The translations under genes were made by a program, and so were the position numbers. From NCBI GenBank assembly GCA_047601445.1, contig JASGJH010000001.1, positions 8,032,001 to 8,096,000 on the forward strand: a DNA stretch of 64,000 nucleotides, given 5' to 3'. The stretch comes from Myxococcales bacterium (GTDB lineage Bacteria; Myxococcota_A; Polyangia; Polyangiales; DASUME01). Every line of letters begins with the position of its first letter. The stretch's first letter is position 1. A model generated the notes under the pieces. That model saw only the letters and a list, made by a program, of their open reading frames with translations. It did no database searches and was not told where the DNA came from. Shown here one piece after another: positions 10,182 through 18,627 of this stretch.

Positions 10182-10640
10182 CTACCGTGCCGCGCGATAT
10201 GTGAAGCCGCGGGACTGGAGATACCGCGTCCACTTCCCCTGGTGGCTGTAGAAGCGCTCCGGCTCGCGCCCCTCGAGTACGAAGATTTGGCTTCCGACGT
10301 TCTGCGCGGTGTCCAGCAGGAGCCCGGCCACGCCCTGCCCCTGGAACGAAGCTTTGGTGTAGGCGTAGTGAAGCGTGAAGGCCTCGCGCGCCTCCGCGCA
10401 CAGCCAGCCGTAGAGGAACGCCGGATCTTCGCGGTCGCGGGCGACGAGGACCATGGGGTGGCGACTGAGAATTCGTTCGCGCAATGACCTGTGCCACGCG
10501 TGGAAGGCCGATGTGGGCATGCCACGATTGGCGCGCCGGAAGGACTCGGCCCAGCTGTCGAGGACGAAGGGCAGGGCGTCCTTGCCGGCGCGTGAAACCT
10601 CTATGGAATCCAGGATGCGGAGGTCCTTGGCGGCGCTCAT
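10182..10640 (-). CDS. GNAT-family acetyltransferase (phage)
   Basis: LHYAYTKASFQGQGVAGLLL matches the acetyl-CoA binding motif A (Q/RxxGxA). Confidence 0.7.
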   Translation of the reverse strand: MSAAKDLRILDSIEVSRAGKDALPFVLDSWAESFRRANRGMPTSAFHAWHRSLRERILSRHPMVLVARDREDPAFLYGWLCAEAREAFTLHYAYTKASFQGQGVAGLLLDTAQNVGSQIFVLEGREPERFYSHQGKWTRYLQSRGFTYRAAR

Positions 10641-10819
10641 GCTCGATGAGTGTCCTTCGTATCGCGCGGGGCAGCGCTCGATGCTCCGCGTGCGTAGCCC
10701 TCCTCGAAACCCTGATAGCGGCCCTCGTCTACGCCCTCTGCGCGTCCGACGCGCATGCCTTCCTCGTACCCCTCGCGGTATGCGGTAAGGGCAGCCGCGA
10801 TGGAATCTTCATCACTCAT
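10637..10819 (-). CDS. Small GxxxG-repeat helical protein (FliH/Yae1-like repeat)
   Basis: AYREGYEEGMRVGRAEGVDEGRYQGFEEGYARG; 4-bp overlaps on both sides. Confidence 0.55.
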   Translation of the reverse strand: MSDEDSIAAALTAYREGYEEGMRVGRAEGVDEGRYQGFEEGYARGASSAAPRDTKDTHRA

Positions 10820-11643
10820 CGCATTTCCTCCACGGAGCCCCACGCCCCGAAAACAGCGAAATCCATGTACTGAGGGTCGAGTTCGTACTCCTGCGCCACC
10901 GCCGATGGTGTTCGACCTCGGTCGAGCTCTCGGCGAATGGCCTCCGCTTCGTCGCGTGTGATCGGTCGCAGGTCATACGGTCCGTCGTATGCGGGCGCTG
11001 GTGCGGCGCACTGGGCAGGCTGGGCGCTCGTGCAAGCTCTCCAACTCGCGCTGTCCACCTGTCGCAAAATATTCGTCTGCTCGGCCAAGGCAGCGAACAG
11101 CTTGCCGTACCGCGTCGTTGCCAACACTGGCAGGAGCCTGCGTACGCGGCGCTGCACGTCGCGAGCGCGAAGCCCGAGGCGCCGGGCGACCTCGGAGTAG
11201 GAGGCTGTCTCCACGAACACTACCAAGATCTGGCTCTCAATTGCCGTCAATGGCATCCCGAGCATGTCGATGCACGCCAAGAGGTCCTGAGCGTCGAACT
11301 CAACCAGGCCGTGGGTCACGATGAAGGTGAGCCGCTCCACCGCGCGGCGCAGGCGGTAGCTGACGCCCTGTTGGGTCAAGCCCAGGCGCTGCCCGACGGC
11401 CTTCTCGCGCTCACCAGCGAGGTGAGCTTGTATGGCGGCCTGCTCGTTGTGCGGGAGCATCAAGATTGCCTTCCGCAGTACTTCGCGGTCGACGGATCGC
11501 GCGGCTTCTCGCAGCTCGGCAGACGCACGTTCGGCTTCCTGCTCTTCAGCGAGGGCAGCGGGGTCGCAGACCGCCAGGGTGGCCTTCGGGTCGGGGAAGT
11601 TGTCGATTCGCTCGCCTACACAAATATAAAACGGCTCACGCAC
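10816..11643 (-). CDS. Sigma70 region-4-like multi-HTH transcription regulator
   Basis: LPHNEQAAI...VGQRLGLTQQGVSYRLRRAVERL (sigma 4.2-like), plus SYSEVARRLGL and a third HTH-like C-terminal segment. Confidence 0.65.
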   Translation of the reverse strand: MREPFYICVGERIDNFPDPKATLAVCDPAALAEEQEAERASAELREAARSVDREVLRKAILMLPHNEQAAIQAHLAGEREKAVGQRLGLTQQGVSYRLRRAVERLTFIVTHGLVEFDAQDLLACIDMLGMPLTAIESQILVVFVETASYSEVARRLGLRARDVQRRVRRLLPVLATTRYGKLFAALAEQTNILRQVDSASWRACTSAQPAQCAAPAPAYDGPYDLRPITRDEAEAIRRELDRGRTPSAVAQEYELDPQYMDFAVFGAWGSVEEMR

Positions 11644-12130
11644 GTGGTTGCTCCTCGGTATCGCGGAGGCAGGCGATCAGCTCTGCCGTCGGAAGGTTTT
11701 CGAGCTGGACAGGTCCGCCGTTCGCGCCAGTCAGCTCTTGGCGTTGGGATGGTGGACGCCAGCGCTTGCCGTAGCGGCGTTCGAGCATCCAGGCATCGGC
11801 GCGCCAGTCCTTGGCGCCAGCCTTGTTTAGCCTTTGCAGAAGCGACGCCTCGTGCACGGCTTTGGCCTCACGGATGCCTTCGACAAGCTCGGAGTAGGGA
11901 TCCAGGCCCTCGCGGCCCTTGTGCATCCACGCTTCGATCGTCTTCTTGGGGATGCCGGCAGCGGCGGCGGCTACAGGCACGGTTGAGCCTGCCGCGACCA
12001 GCACGCATACCTGCTTGATTACCTCGGCCGTGCACGTCGTGGGGCGTCCACCCTTTCGCAGGGTCGAAGGGGTGGAGCCATCGTCTTCACGCGCGCGTTG
12101 GCCCTGTTTACTGCGGGGCTTGGACGTCAC
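11636..12130 (-). CDS. terS: Terminase small subunit
   Basis: GGRPTTC N-terminal HTH, DWRADAWMLERRY and QELTGANGGPV motifs typical of TerS. Confidence 0.8.
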   Translation of the reverse strand: MTSKPRSKQGQRAREDDGSTPSTLRKGGRPTTCTAEVIKQVCVLVAAGSTVPVAAAAAGIPKKTIEAWMHKGREGLDPYSELVEGIREAKAVHEASLLQRLNKAGAKDWRADAWMLERRYGKRWRPPSQRQELTGANGGPVQLENLPTAELIACLRDTEEQPRA

Positions 12131-12211
12131 ACCGAGATCGTATCGCGCGCGATCCGCGCGGTGGAAGTGCGAAGTGGCGTAAGCCTGCAGATTTGATTAT
12201 TAAGTACGCGT

Positions 12212-13630
12212 ATGACCGCCGCACCGAAGCTGTTCATCTCGTACTGCTGGACGTCGCCCGAGCACCAGGAGCGCGTGTTGCGCCTGGCTACCGAGCTACG
12301 GGATGCCCAGGTCGACGTGATCCTCGACATATGGGATCTGAAGGAAGGCCACGACCTCTACGCCTTTATGGAGTCGATGGTGACGAATCCCGAGGTCCAG
12401 AAGGTGCTGATGATCTGCAACAAGGAGTACGTCGAGCGGGCCGACGGCCGACACGGGGGTGTGGGGGCCGAAACCACGATCCTCACGCCGGACCTCTACG
12501 GCAAGCGGGACCAGTCGAAGTACGTGGCGCTGGTGCTTGATCGCGACGCAGACGACCACGCGATGGTCCCGGCGTACTACAAGGCACGCATCTTCATCGA
12601 CTTCACGGACCCAGACAAGCAGGCAGACTCGTTTGAGCGACTACTCCGCTGGGTCTTCGACAAGCCCCTCTACGAGAAGCCGGCACTTGGCAAGCGCCCG
12701 GCGTTCCTCGACGACGCTAGCGATGGTCCAAGGATGCGCACGAGCACGCAGGCCCGTCGTGCCAGCACAGCCGTTCGTGACGGACGATCGAACGCAGCAG
12801 CGCTGACCGCGGAGTACCTGAATACGTTCGCGCATGAACTTGAGAGCTTCCGGCTTCGACGAACCGAGCCGATCGACGACGCGGTGGTCGCAAACATCAC
12901 CGACTTCATCCACTACCGCAACGAGCTGGTTCGGTTCGTGGACGAACTTGCGCTGCATTGTCCCGGGGAACAAACCGCCAACCTGCTGCACCGCTTTCTA
13001 GAGAAGCTGCTCCCATACAACCGGCGACCAGAGGGGGTGACTTCGTGGTACGAGGCGGACTTTGACAATTTTCGATTCATTACCCACGAAATTTTTCTCT
13101 ACGTGATCGCGGCGCTGCTGCGACACGAGCGCTTTGCCGAGACTGCGAAATTGCTCGCGACCGAGTACTATTGTGCTGGTGACCGCAACGACGTAGTTTC
13201 GTACACGGAGTTCTACGAGCCGGTTCGCTCGCTCGATGCACGCAAGAAGCAGGGCCGATCGGAGCGGCTGTCCGTTCAGGCGGACCTTCTCAAAGAACGG
13301 TGCACTGGGCTTCCGGTTGCCTTCACGCAACTGATGCAGGCTGACTTCGTCCTGTATCTGCGTGGGCACCTCAAGGGCGGCTACTGGTGGCCTGTCACGC
13401 TAGTGTACGTAGCTCGCTTTGCCCCTCGGTTCGAAATGTTCGCTCGTGCACGATCGCGCTCGTATTTCGAGCGTCTCCGAATCGTCTTGGGCGCCGACAA
13501 GGTCGAGCAGCTTCACGCGCTCGAGGCGGATCTCAAGTCTGGCAAGTCGCGCGCGCCTACATGGGGCGGATGGGAAACACTCGACGTTGCCGCACTCATG
13601 AACGCAAGTGAGATCGCCACGCGCGAGTAG
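12212..13630 (+). CDS. SEFIR/TIR-domain protein, likely bacterial SEFIR anti-phage protein
   Basis: KLFISYCWTSPEHQERVLRLATELR...DIWDLKEGHD...GGVGAET N-terminal SEFIR motif plus a helical C-terminal domain; 472 aa. Confidence 0.85.
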   Translation: MTAAPKLFISYCWTSPEHQERVLRLATELRDAQVDVILDIWDLKEGHDLYAFMESMVTNPEVQKVLMICNKEYVERADGRHGGVGAETTILTPDLYGKRDQSKYVALVLDRDADDHAMVPAYYKARIFIDFTDPDKQADSFERLLRWVFDKPLYEKPALGKRPAFLDDASDGPRMRTSTQARRASTAVRDGRSNAAALTAEYLNTFAHELESFRLRRTEPIDDAVVANITDFIHYRNELVRFVDELALHCPGEQTANLLHRFLEKLLPYNRRPEGVTSWYEADFDNFRFITHEIFLYVIAALLRHERFAETAKLLATEYYCAGDRNDVVSYTEFYEPVRSLDARKKQGRSERLSVQADLLKERCTGLPVAFTQLMQADFVLYLRGHLKGGYWWPVTLVYVARFAPRFEMFARARSRSYFERLRIVLGADKVEQLHALEADLKSGKSRAPTWGGWETLDVAALMNASEIATRE

Positions 13631-13664
13631 ATGGGCCGCACGAGCCCGGGCAAGGGTGACGTCT

Positions 13665-14201
13665 ATGTGGGTGCTGCTGTTGGTGATGTTCGCGTGGGCG
13701 GCCTGGGCCACTATTGGTGCGAGCGGGGCAGGCGCCAAGGTCCGCCAGCTCTCGCAAGAGCTAGACGAGGCAAAGAAAAAGCTCGCAAAGCCGCGCCCGA
13801 CCGAGGACGAGGAGAACGAGGCTATCCGCGTCAAGTACAACGCCCTCCGCGACGAACATCGCGAACTCTTCACGCAGGCCCTCGATGCTGCCGAGAAGCA
13901 CCTGCGCGAAAGCGACATGCGTCTGGGGGACGCCGACGTCGTCGATACTGTAGAGCTCACCAGGAACGAGATCCGAGCAGTTTACCGCGCACTCGAGCTT
14001 AGCGCGGAACTCGGCGACAAGGATTTCTGCCGTCGCGTCGTCGATACATTCGAGAACTGGAAAAAGGACCAATGGGCCTGGCTCCTGGCGAAGGAGTTCA
14101 AATCGCGGGTTCGATCGATCCAGATGTCTGACCTTGCGGTGAAGATCCGCAGCGAGGCCGAGGCGCGCTGGCAGCAGGAGCGCGACGCCCGGCAAGGCTG
14201 A
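13665..14201 (+). CDS. Membrane-anchored coiled-coil protein
   Basis: Hydrophobic N-terminus MWVLLLVMFAWAAWATIGA followed by charged helices. Confidence 0.6.
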   Translation: MWVLLLVMFAWAAWATIGASGAGAKVRQLSQELDEAKKKLAKPRPTEDEENEAIRVKYNALRDEHRELFTQALDAAEKHLRESDMRLGDADVVDTVELTRNEIRAVYRALELSAELGDKDFCRRVVDTFENWKKDQWAWLLAKEFKSRVRSIQMSDLAVKIRSEAEARWQQERDARQG

Positions 14202-14330
14202 CCGACACCGCGGCAGAATTCCGGGTTTCATCGTCGGAGGATCACCGAGCTACATGAGAAGGAGCTTGCAATCTCTAGCGGTGGTGCCGCGACCGCATCT
14301 AGTGCTCCAGCGCGCTGGCTGGGCTCGGAA

Positions 14331-15419
14331 TTATGTCGCGGGCCACCCGAGACCATCGCGCCAAAAAACGGTGAGGAAATCTTGTGCATACATCGGTTCG
14401 TGGATGACCTCGAACTTGCGTCGCGACGTCACGCTCGGATGCTGTCGCAAGGTCCACTGCAGTAGGCCGTCGAGGCGCCGAACGTCATCGCTAACCGAGG
14501 GCCCCAACACCAACCTTATCGGCAGGTCTGGTGTCGTGTTGCCGCCGAGAGCCCCTAGCAAGCGATACTTTGCGTCCGAGTCGGTCTCGGGGAACCGATA
14601 TCCCACGAAGACAACCGAGTCCGCCTCGCGGAGAGCCCGTTCTGCCTTATCCCATTGCGGTTGAAAGAGATTCGAAGCTCGAAAACGCTTTGATGGCCCT
14701 GGCACGCCGATAGCGACTTCGCGCTCGTTGAGAATCGATGCAAACGGCTCTTGGTGTGTTTGGACGATGGGCGAGGCCTCGGAGCCGGAGATCACCCAAT
14801 CGACGCTTCCATGCAGTTTTAGCAGGTTCCCGTTGCCCGGAGCGTTGCCCCCGACGCAGTGATAGATGGGACGGTTGGCCAGCTCGCAGGCCTTCTCCAC
14901 GACCTGGTCGTAGTTGAAGGTGATCACCGTATCCGACGGCTCAAGCAACGCCGCCCAGCGCTTGTATGGCAACCAGCGCTCGTTGTCCTCGGCCCTTTCC
15001 GAGTACTCGGCGCAAACCGCTGCGAAATACGCTCTGGCGTCCTTGGCAATCAGAGCGATCCTGCTCCGCATGTCCGGCGTGAAGTCCTGCGCTCCGTAGT
15101 AGTGCAGGAGCAGCATCAGGGCCCGAGGATCGCTCCCGGACGCGGCGGCATCGAGTAGCTCCAAGTATTCCTCGGCGTTGCGCCAACCCGTCCAGCTATT
15201 GTCGATCCCCAAAAGGAAGACATTACGCACCTCGTCGAGGCGCGGCTCAATCTTCGACCAGGATGGCTCTTCGCGAGGTTCCTCCTGACTAGCAGCGACA
15301 ACGCGGTGCAATTGGCCAACCGCTTTCAGCCGGTGTTCGTCGAATATTTGATTCAGCAGCGGCCCGCCTACACCGACGCTGAACCCAGAACCAAGAACCC
15401 ACACCACGCGTTTTGGCAC
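14331..15419 (-). CDS. SIR2-like (SIR2_2) domain protein, probable NADase defence effector
   Basis: VLGSGFS, ITFNYD, LKLHGSVDW and VFVGYRF motifs; GTG start after a GGGGAG SD. Confidence 0.85.
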   Translation of the reverse strand: MPKRVVWVLGSGFSVGVGGPLLNQIFDEHRLKAVGQLHRVVAASQEEPREEPSWSKIEPRLDEVRNVFLLGIDNSWTGWRNAEEYLELLDAAASGSDPRALMLLLHYYGAQDFTPDMRSRIALIAKDARAYFAAVCAEYSERAEDNERWLPYKRWAALLEPSDTVITFNYDQVVEKACELANRPIYHCVGGNAPGNGNLLKLHGSVDWVISGSEASPIVQTHQEPFASILNEREVAIGVPGPSKRFRASNLFQPQWDKAERALREADSVVFVGYRFPETDSDAKYRLLGALGGNTTPDLPIRLVLGPSVSDDVRRLDGLLQWTLRQHPSVTSRRKFEVIHEPMYAQDFLTVFWRDGLGWPAT

Positions 15420-15635
15420 GCCCACAAGCTCCCCCGGGCACCGGAACTGCGGAGCAACATAGCGCAGGTGCGGTTCGCGCTCAGGTCGCCTTGCCCTTCC
15501 CCGGACCCCCATCCCGGAGGAAGACTGGGTGACGGCTCTCGCTTCGCGAACCGCCGAGAGGTCTGCGAGACAGACCTCTGCGCTCCCGACCTACGGCGCT
15601 AAGGCGCCTCGGCGGAGCGCGAAGAGGGAGATAAC

Positions 15636-15711
15636 TACAACGAGAGTATGGTGGGTGGGGTCTGCGGCCCCCACAAGAAAAGACGCGAACTCCGCCGATA
15701 CTTTCGTTGTG
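15636..15711 (+). other. Long imperfect inverted repeat, candidate structured RNA or dyad site
   Basis: TACAACGAGAGTATGGTGGG pairs with TCCGCCGATACTTTCGTTGTG (mismatches are G-U, one bulge) and encloses a GTGGGG/CCCCAC hairpin. Confidence 0.5.
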
Positions 15712-15743
15712 TGATCGCCCGGCGCTCTCGCCACTAAACGGTC

Positions 15744-16100
15744 ATGCGAGATCAGAACCTGCGAAGTGGAAAGCGCGTTGGAAGGCCGAAAGGGAGCGTG
15801 CGGCCCACGGCGGCGGAAGCCGCCGCGCGCGAGCTGAGAGCTCGGGGCTACGGGCTGCCAGCCATCGCCGGTACCCTGGGCACGAACAAGCGTTGGGTGG
15901 AGTGGGCGTGCAGCTCGGCACGCCGCAGACAGTTGGGCCTCGCTACGGTGGAGGACATCGAGCGCGCGCAATACGCTGTGGAGATCCTCAACGGCGACGC
16001 ACGTGACATCGAAAAATCGATCCAGGTGAAGCGTGCCGAGCTAGCAGAACTCGAGACGAGAGTTCGCCTTCCTACGCGCGTGCCACAGCTCTACAATTGA
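15744..16100 (+). CDS. HTH DNA-binding protein with C-terminal coiled coil
   Basis: ELRARGYGLPAIAGTLGTNKRWV HTH. Confidence 0.6.
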   Translation: MRDQNLRSGKRVGRPKGSVRPTAAEAAARELRARGYGLPAIAGTLGTNKRWVEWACSSARRRQLGLATVEDIERAQYAVEILNGDARDIEKSIQVKRAELAELETRVRLPTRVPQLYN

Positions 16101-16207
16101 GAAACCCCGACGGCGTTCGAGCGCCCCGAGGCATGACATCGCGTTGACGTGGCTGATGCGCGCGATGCTCCGCAATTTTAGCGCATCGGTCACGTGACGG
16201 GCTAGTC

Positions 16208-17740
16208 GTGATTACCGAGACTAAAGCGCAAGCGCAGACCGCGCGTGCAAAAGAAGATGCTGCATTCGCCTCGCTCGCGCGCGCCTACGGCGTTTCCGCC
16301 AGCGAGGCGAGGAGACTCGTCAACCGCTACACCGGCGCAATGTACGTGCCGCTTTGGGAACCCTTTCACGAACTTGATGGCGTCTCGCCGCTGCCCGACG
16401 GTAAGCGGGTAGCGCCCGTCGATGGCTGGGCACTCGCCTCCAACCTCGTGGGGCCCCGAAAGCTGTCTCCTAGCGAGGTGGCTCGCCACCTTGCTGGGGA
16501 ACGCATCGTGGGGGTAGCGCGGCCGAGCATGACCGGCGTGCTGGTCATTGACGTCGACTACGACGAGGATGATCCGTGCTCCCTGGGTGCGCGAGTCGAC
16601 GCGGTAACCCGTGCGCTGTTGGCGCCCAGACTTCTCGTGCGCAGCAGCGAGTCCTACGGGCTTCACATGATCTATTTTCTGCGCGACCGAATCACGCTGG
16701 TGGGTGAGCTCAAGGCGCGGGCGGGTCTTCTGCTCGCGCGTGTTGGCGTTGAAGTGCGAAATGGATGGGTCGAGATTCACCCGGGCAAGGGCGCTACCCG
16801 CCTGCCACTCGGCCCTGGATCATGCGTACTCGATGAGGACCTGCGTCCGCTTGCCGGCACGCGCCACCAGCACCTGGTACATCTGCTCGCGTTCGCGCGC
16901 GAACATCGCGAGGATCTCCCGGAGGCTCCCGTCAATTTCGTTGCCCCTACCAACGTCGCAACGAAAAGGGAGAGTTCTCGCGCTCGCAACGAGGAGTGGC
17001 ACGCGCGCGTGCAGCAGTACAGGACGGGCGGAGCTCCCCGGGGCAAGCGCGTCAGTGCATTCCGTGACGTCACCTTTGATGTCTGGAGTCGAGAGCGTGC
17101 GGAGCGCCGCACGCGTGAGGAGAGTCTCGACATCGTCGGCGCATGGTTGCGCGACGCGCCGCACCAAAGTCGCGGTCTCACAGGGTCGCGACGAGACGAT
17201 GTCATCGGAAAGATGATGCGCGAGGCTGAGAAGCGGCTGGAGAGGCTCGATTCTGGCACGGATCGGGCCGTTAGCGCGGGTCGCACGATCCTGAGCCTAG
17301 GCAAGGGGGTGGAAGCACTTCGCGCCACACACGGCGCGCAGTGGCGTGCCGCGGCTACCGCCCTCACTACCGAGCGCGATCGCCAAGCGCTCGCAAAGAT
17401 AGAAGATGAATGGGTGCGTAAGCGGGCCGCTACCGTGCTTGGGGCGCTTCATGCAGCGCTGCCCGGGGGGGGTGAGCCAGTGCAGGAAGTCGTCGGGTCC
17501 CTCTGCGCCGCAAGCCTGAAAATCGTCTGCGGCCCGGAGCTACCGCGCTACCTGGCGCGGCAGGAGTACGTCGACCTCGATACTGGTGAGCTGTTCCACA
17601 GGTTGTGTCCGTACCTTGTTGTCACACATGCGATGCGCGTGACTGGCATCCTGCAGGGATCCGGCGCGTGGACACCCGGCAAGCACGGGCGCTTGTACGC
17701 GGTCACCACGATGGGTAGCGGCAGCAACGAAAGTATCTGA
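16208..17740 (+). CDS. Replication protein with N-terminal AEP-type primase/polymerase domain
   Basis: VLVIDVD (motif I, DxD), SSESYGLH (motif II), TRLPLG (motif III region); no Walker A motif. Confidence 0.65.
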   Translation: MITETKAQAQTARAKEDAAFASLARAYGVSASEARRLVNRYTGAMYVPLWEPFHELDGVSPLPDGKRVAPVDGWALASNLVGPRKLSPSEVARHLAGERIVGVARPSMTGVLVIDVDYDEDDPCSLGARVDAVTRALLAPRLLVRSSESYGLHMIYFLRDRITLVGELKARAGLLLARVGVEVRNGWVEIHPGKGATRLPLGPGSCVLDEDLRPLAGTRHQHLVHLLAFAREHREDLPEAPVNFVAPTNVATKRESSRARNEEWHARVQQYRTGGAPRGKRVSAFRDVTFDVWSRERAERRTREESLDIVGAWLRDAPHQSRGLTGSRRDDVIGKMMREAEKRLERLDSGTDRAVSAGRTILSLGKGVEALRATHGAQWRAAATALTTERDRQALAKIEDEWVRKRAATVLGALHAALPGGGEPVQEVVGSLCAASLKIVCGPELPRYLARQEYVDLDTGELFHRLCPYLVVTHAMRVTGILQGSGAWTPGKHGRLYAVTTMGSGSNESI

Positions 17741-17791
17741 CCGCTGCGATTTCGTTGCTGTCCGTCGCGTGCCCGGTGCGACTAACAGGGC

Positions 17792-18049
17792 ATGCTCTTC
17801 AAGAACTTCGGTCGAGACCATGATGAGGACTGCCGGCCGGTAACCTCCGCCCGGGCCCTGGAGCGCGTGAACGCTGCCCTGGCTCCCCTCGGTCTGCGTG
17901 CGTTCGCGGATGCTGGGACGAAGCAACCGCTCACGGTGATCACTCTGGACGGGCGAAACGAGGCGAGCGCGGCGCATCTGTCGGAGCTCGTGCGTGAGCT
18001 CGGAGTGTTGGGCGCGCGGGAGGTGTTGGATGGGGAGGCGAGCGTATGA
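17792..18049 (+). CDS. Hypothetical protein
   Basis: 85 aa, 4-bp overlap with the next gene. Confidence 0.5.
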   Translation: MLFKNFGRDHDEDCRPVTSARALERVNAALAPLGLRAFADAGTKQPLTVITLDGRNEASAAHLSELVRELGVLGAREVLDGEASV

Positions 18050-18411
18050 CGGCAGAGGAGACACTCTATAAGGAATTTCTTGCGCGCCGGTGCGCGCGCA
18101 CAGCAGGTGTAGAGGTCTCGCTCGACGAGCTCCGAACTGCCTACTACCGGTACCTTTATGAGATCGGATTCGAACCCGCGCCGAACGAGGCTCCGCTGAA
18201 TCTGGAGTACCGCATCGCACACCTGGTAGGTGTCAGCCGGGCGAAGCGCGGCTGGGTGGAGTTTTGGGTTGGCATCACCCTGAATGCGACGCTGCAACGC
18301 GAGTTGCGGCGGAAGCGTAAGCGCGAGCGGGAAGCGCAGAATTCGCCGCCAAGTGTTCGCAAGGTCAAGGCCCCGAGCGAGCGCGACTTCCTACGCGGCC
18401 CCTGGCGGTGA
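18046..18411 (+). CDS. Stand-alone D5/P4-primase C-terminal-like winged-helix protein
   Basis: EFLARRC...VSLDELRTAYYRY...G...WVGITL pattern resembles the C-terminal wHTH of D5-type primase-helicases. Confidence 0.5.
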   Translation: MTAEETLYKEFLARRCARTAGVEVSLDELRTAYYRYLYEIGFEPAPNEAPLNLEYRIAHLVGVSRAKRGWVEFWVGITLNATLQRELRRKRKREREAQNSPPSVRKVKAPSERDFLRGPWR

Positions 18412-18627
18412 TGGCGCGCGGAGATCGCACGCAAGCGGGACCTCAATCATCGCCCCGATGCTGCAGGTGGTAGGGGCCAAGCTGACTTCGGTCGGAGCTG
18501 GGCACTGAGAAAAAGCCTGCCCCGTCGTGTCATTCTTCACACTGCATATTGGGTTAGAGAAACCTCAAGCAATGTGTTGCGCGGGATGCGGCTAACCCGA
18601 ATGCTTGCGTCGAGCGAGGCAAACACG

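Noticed and set aside
12212..15419. Thoeris system (TIR plus SIR2)
   Set aside because: The genes are convergent, the SIR2 protein shows no SLOG domain, and the TIR-like protein has SEFIR architecture rather than ThsB
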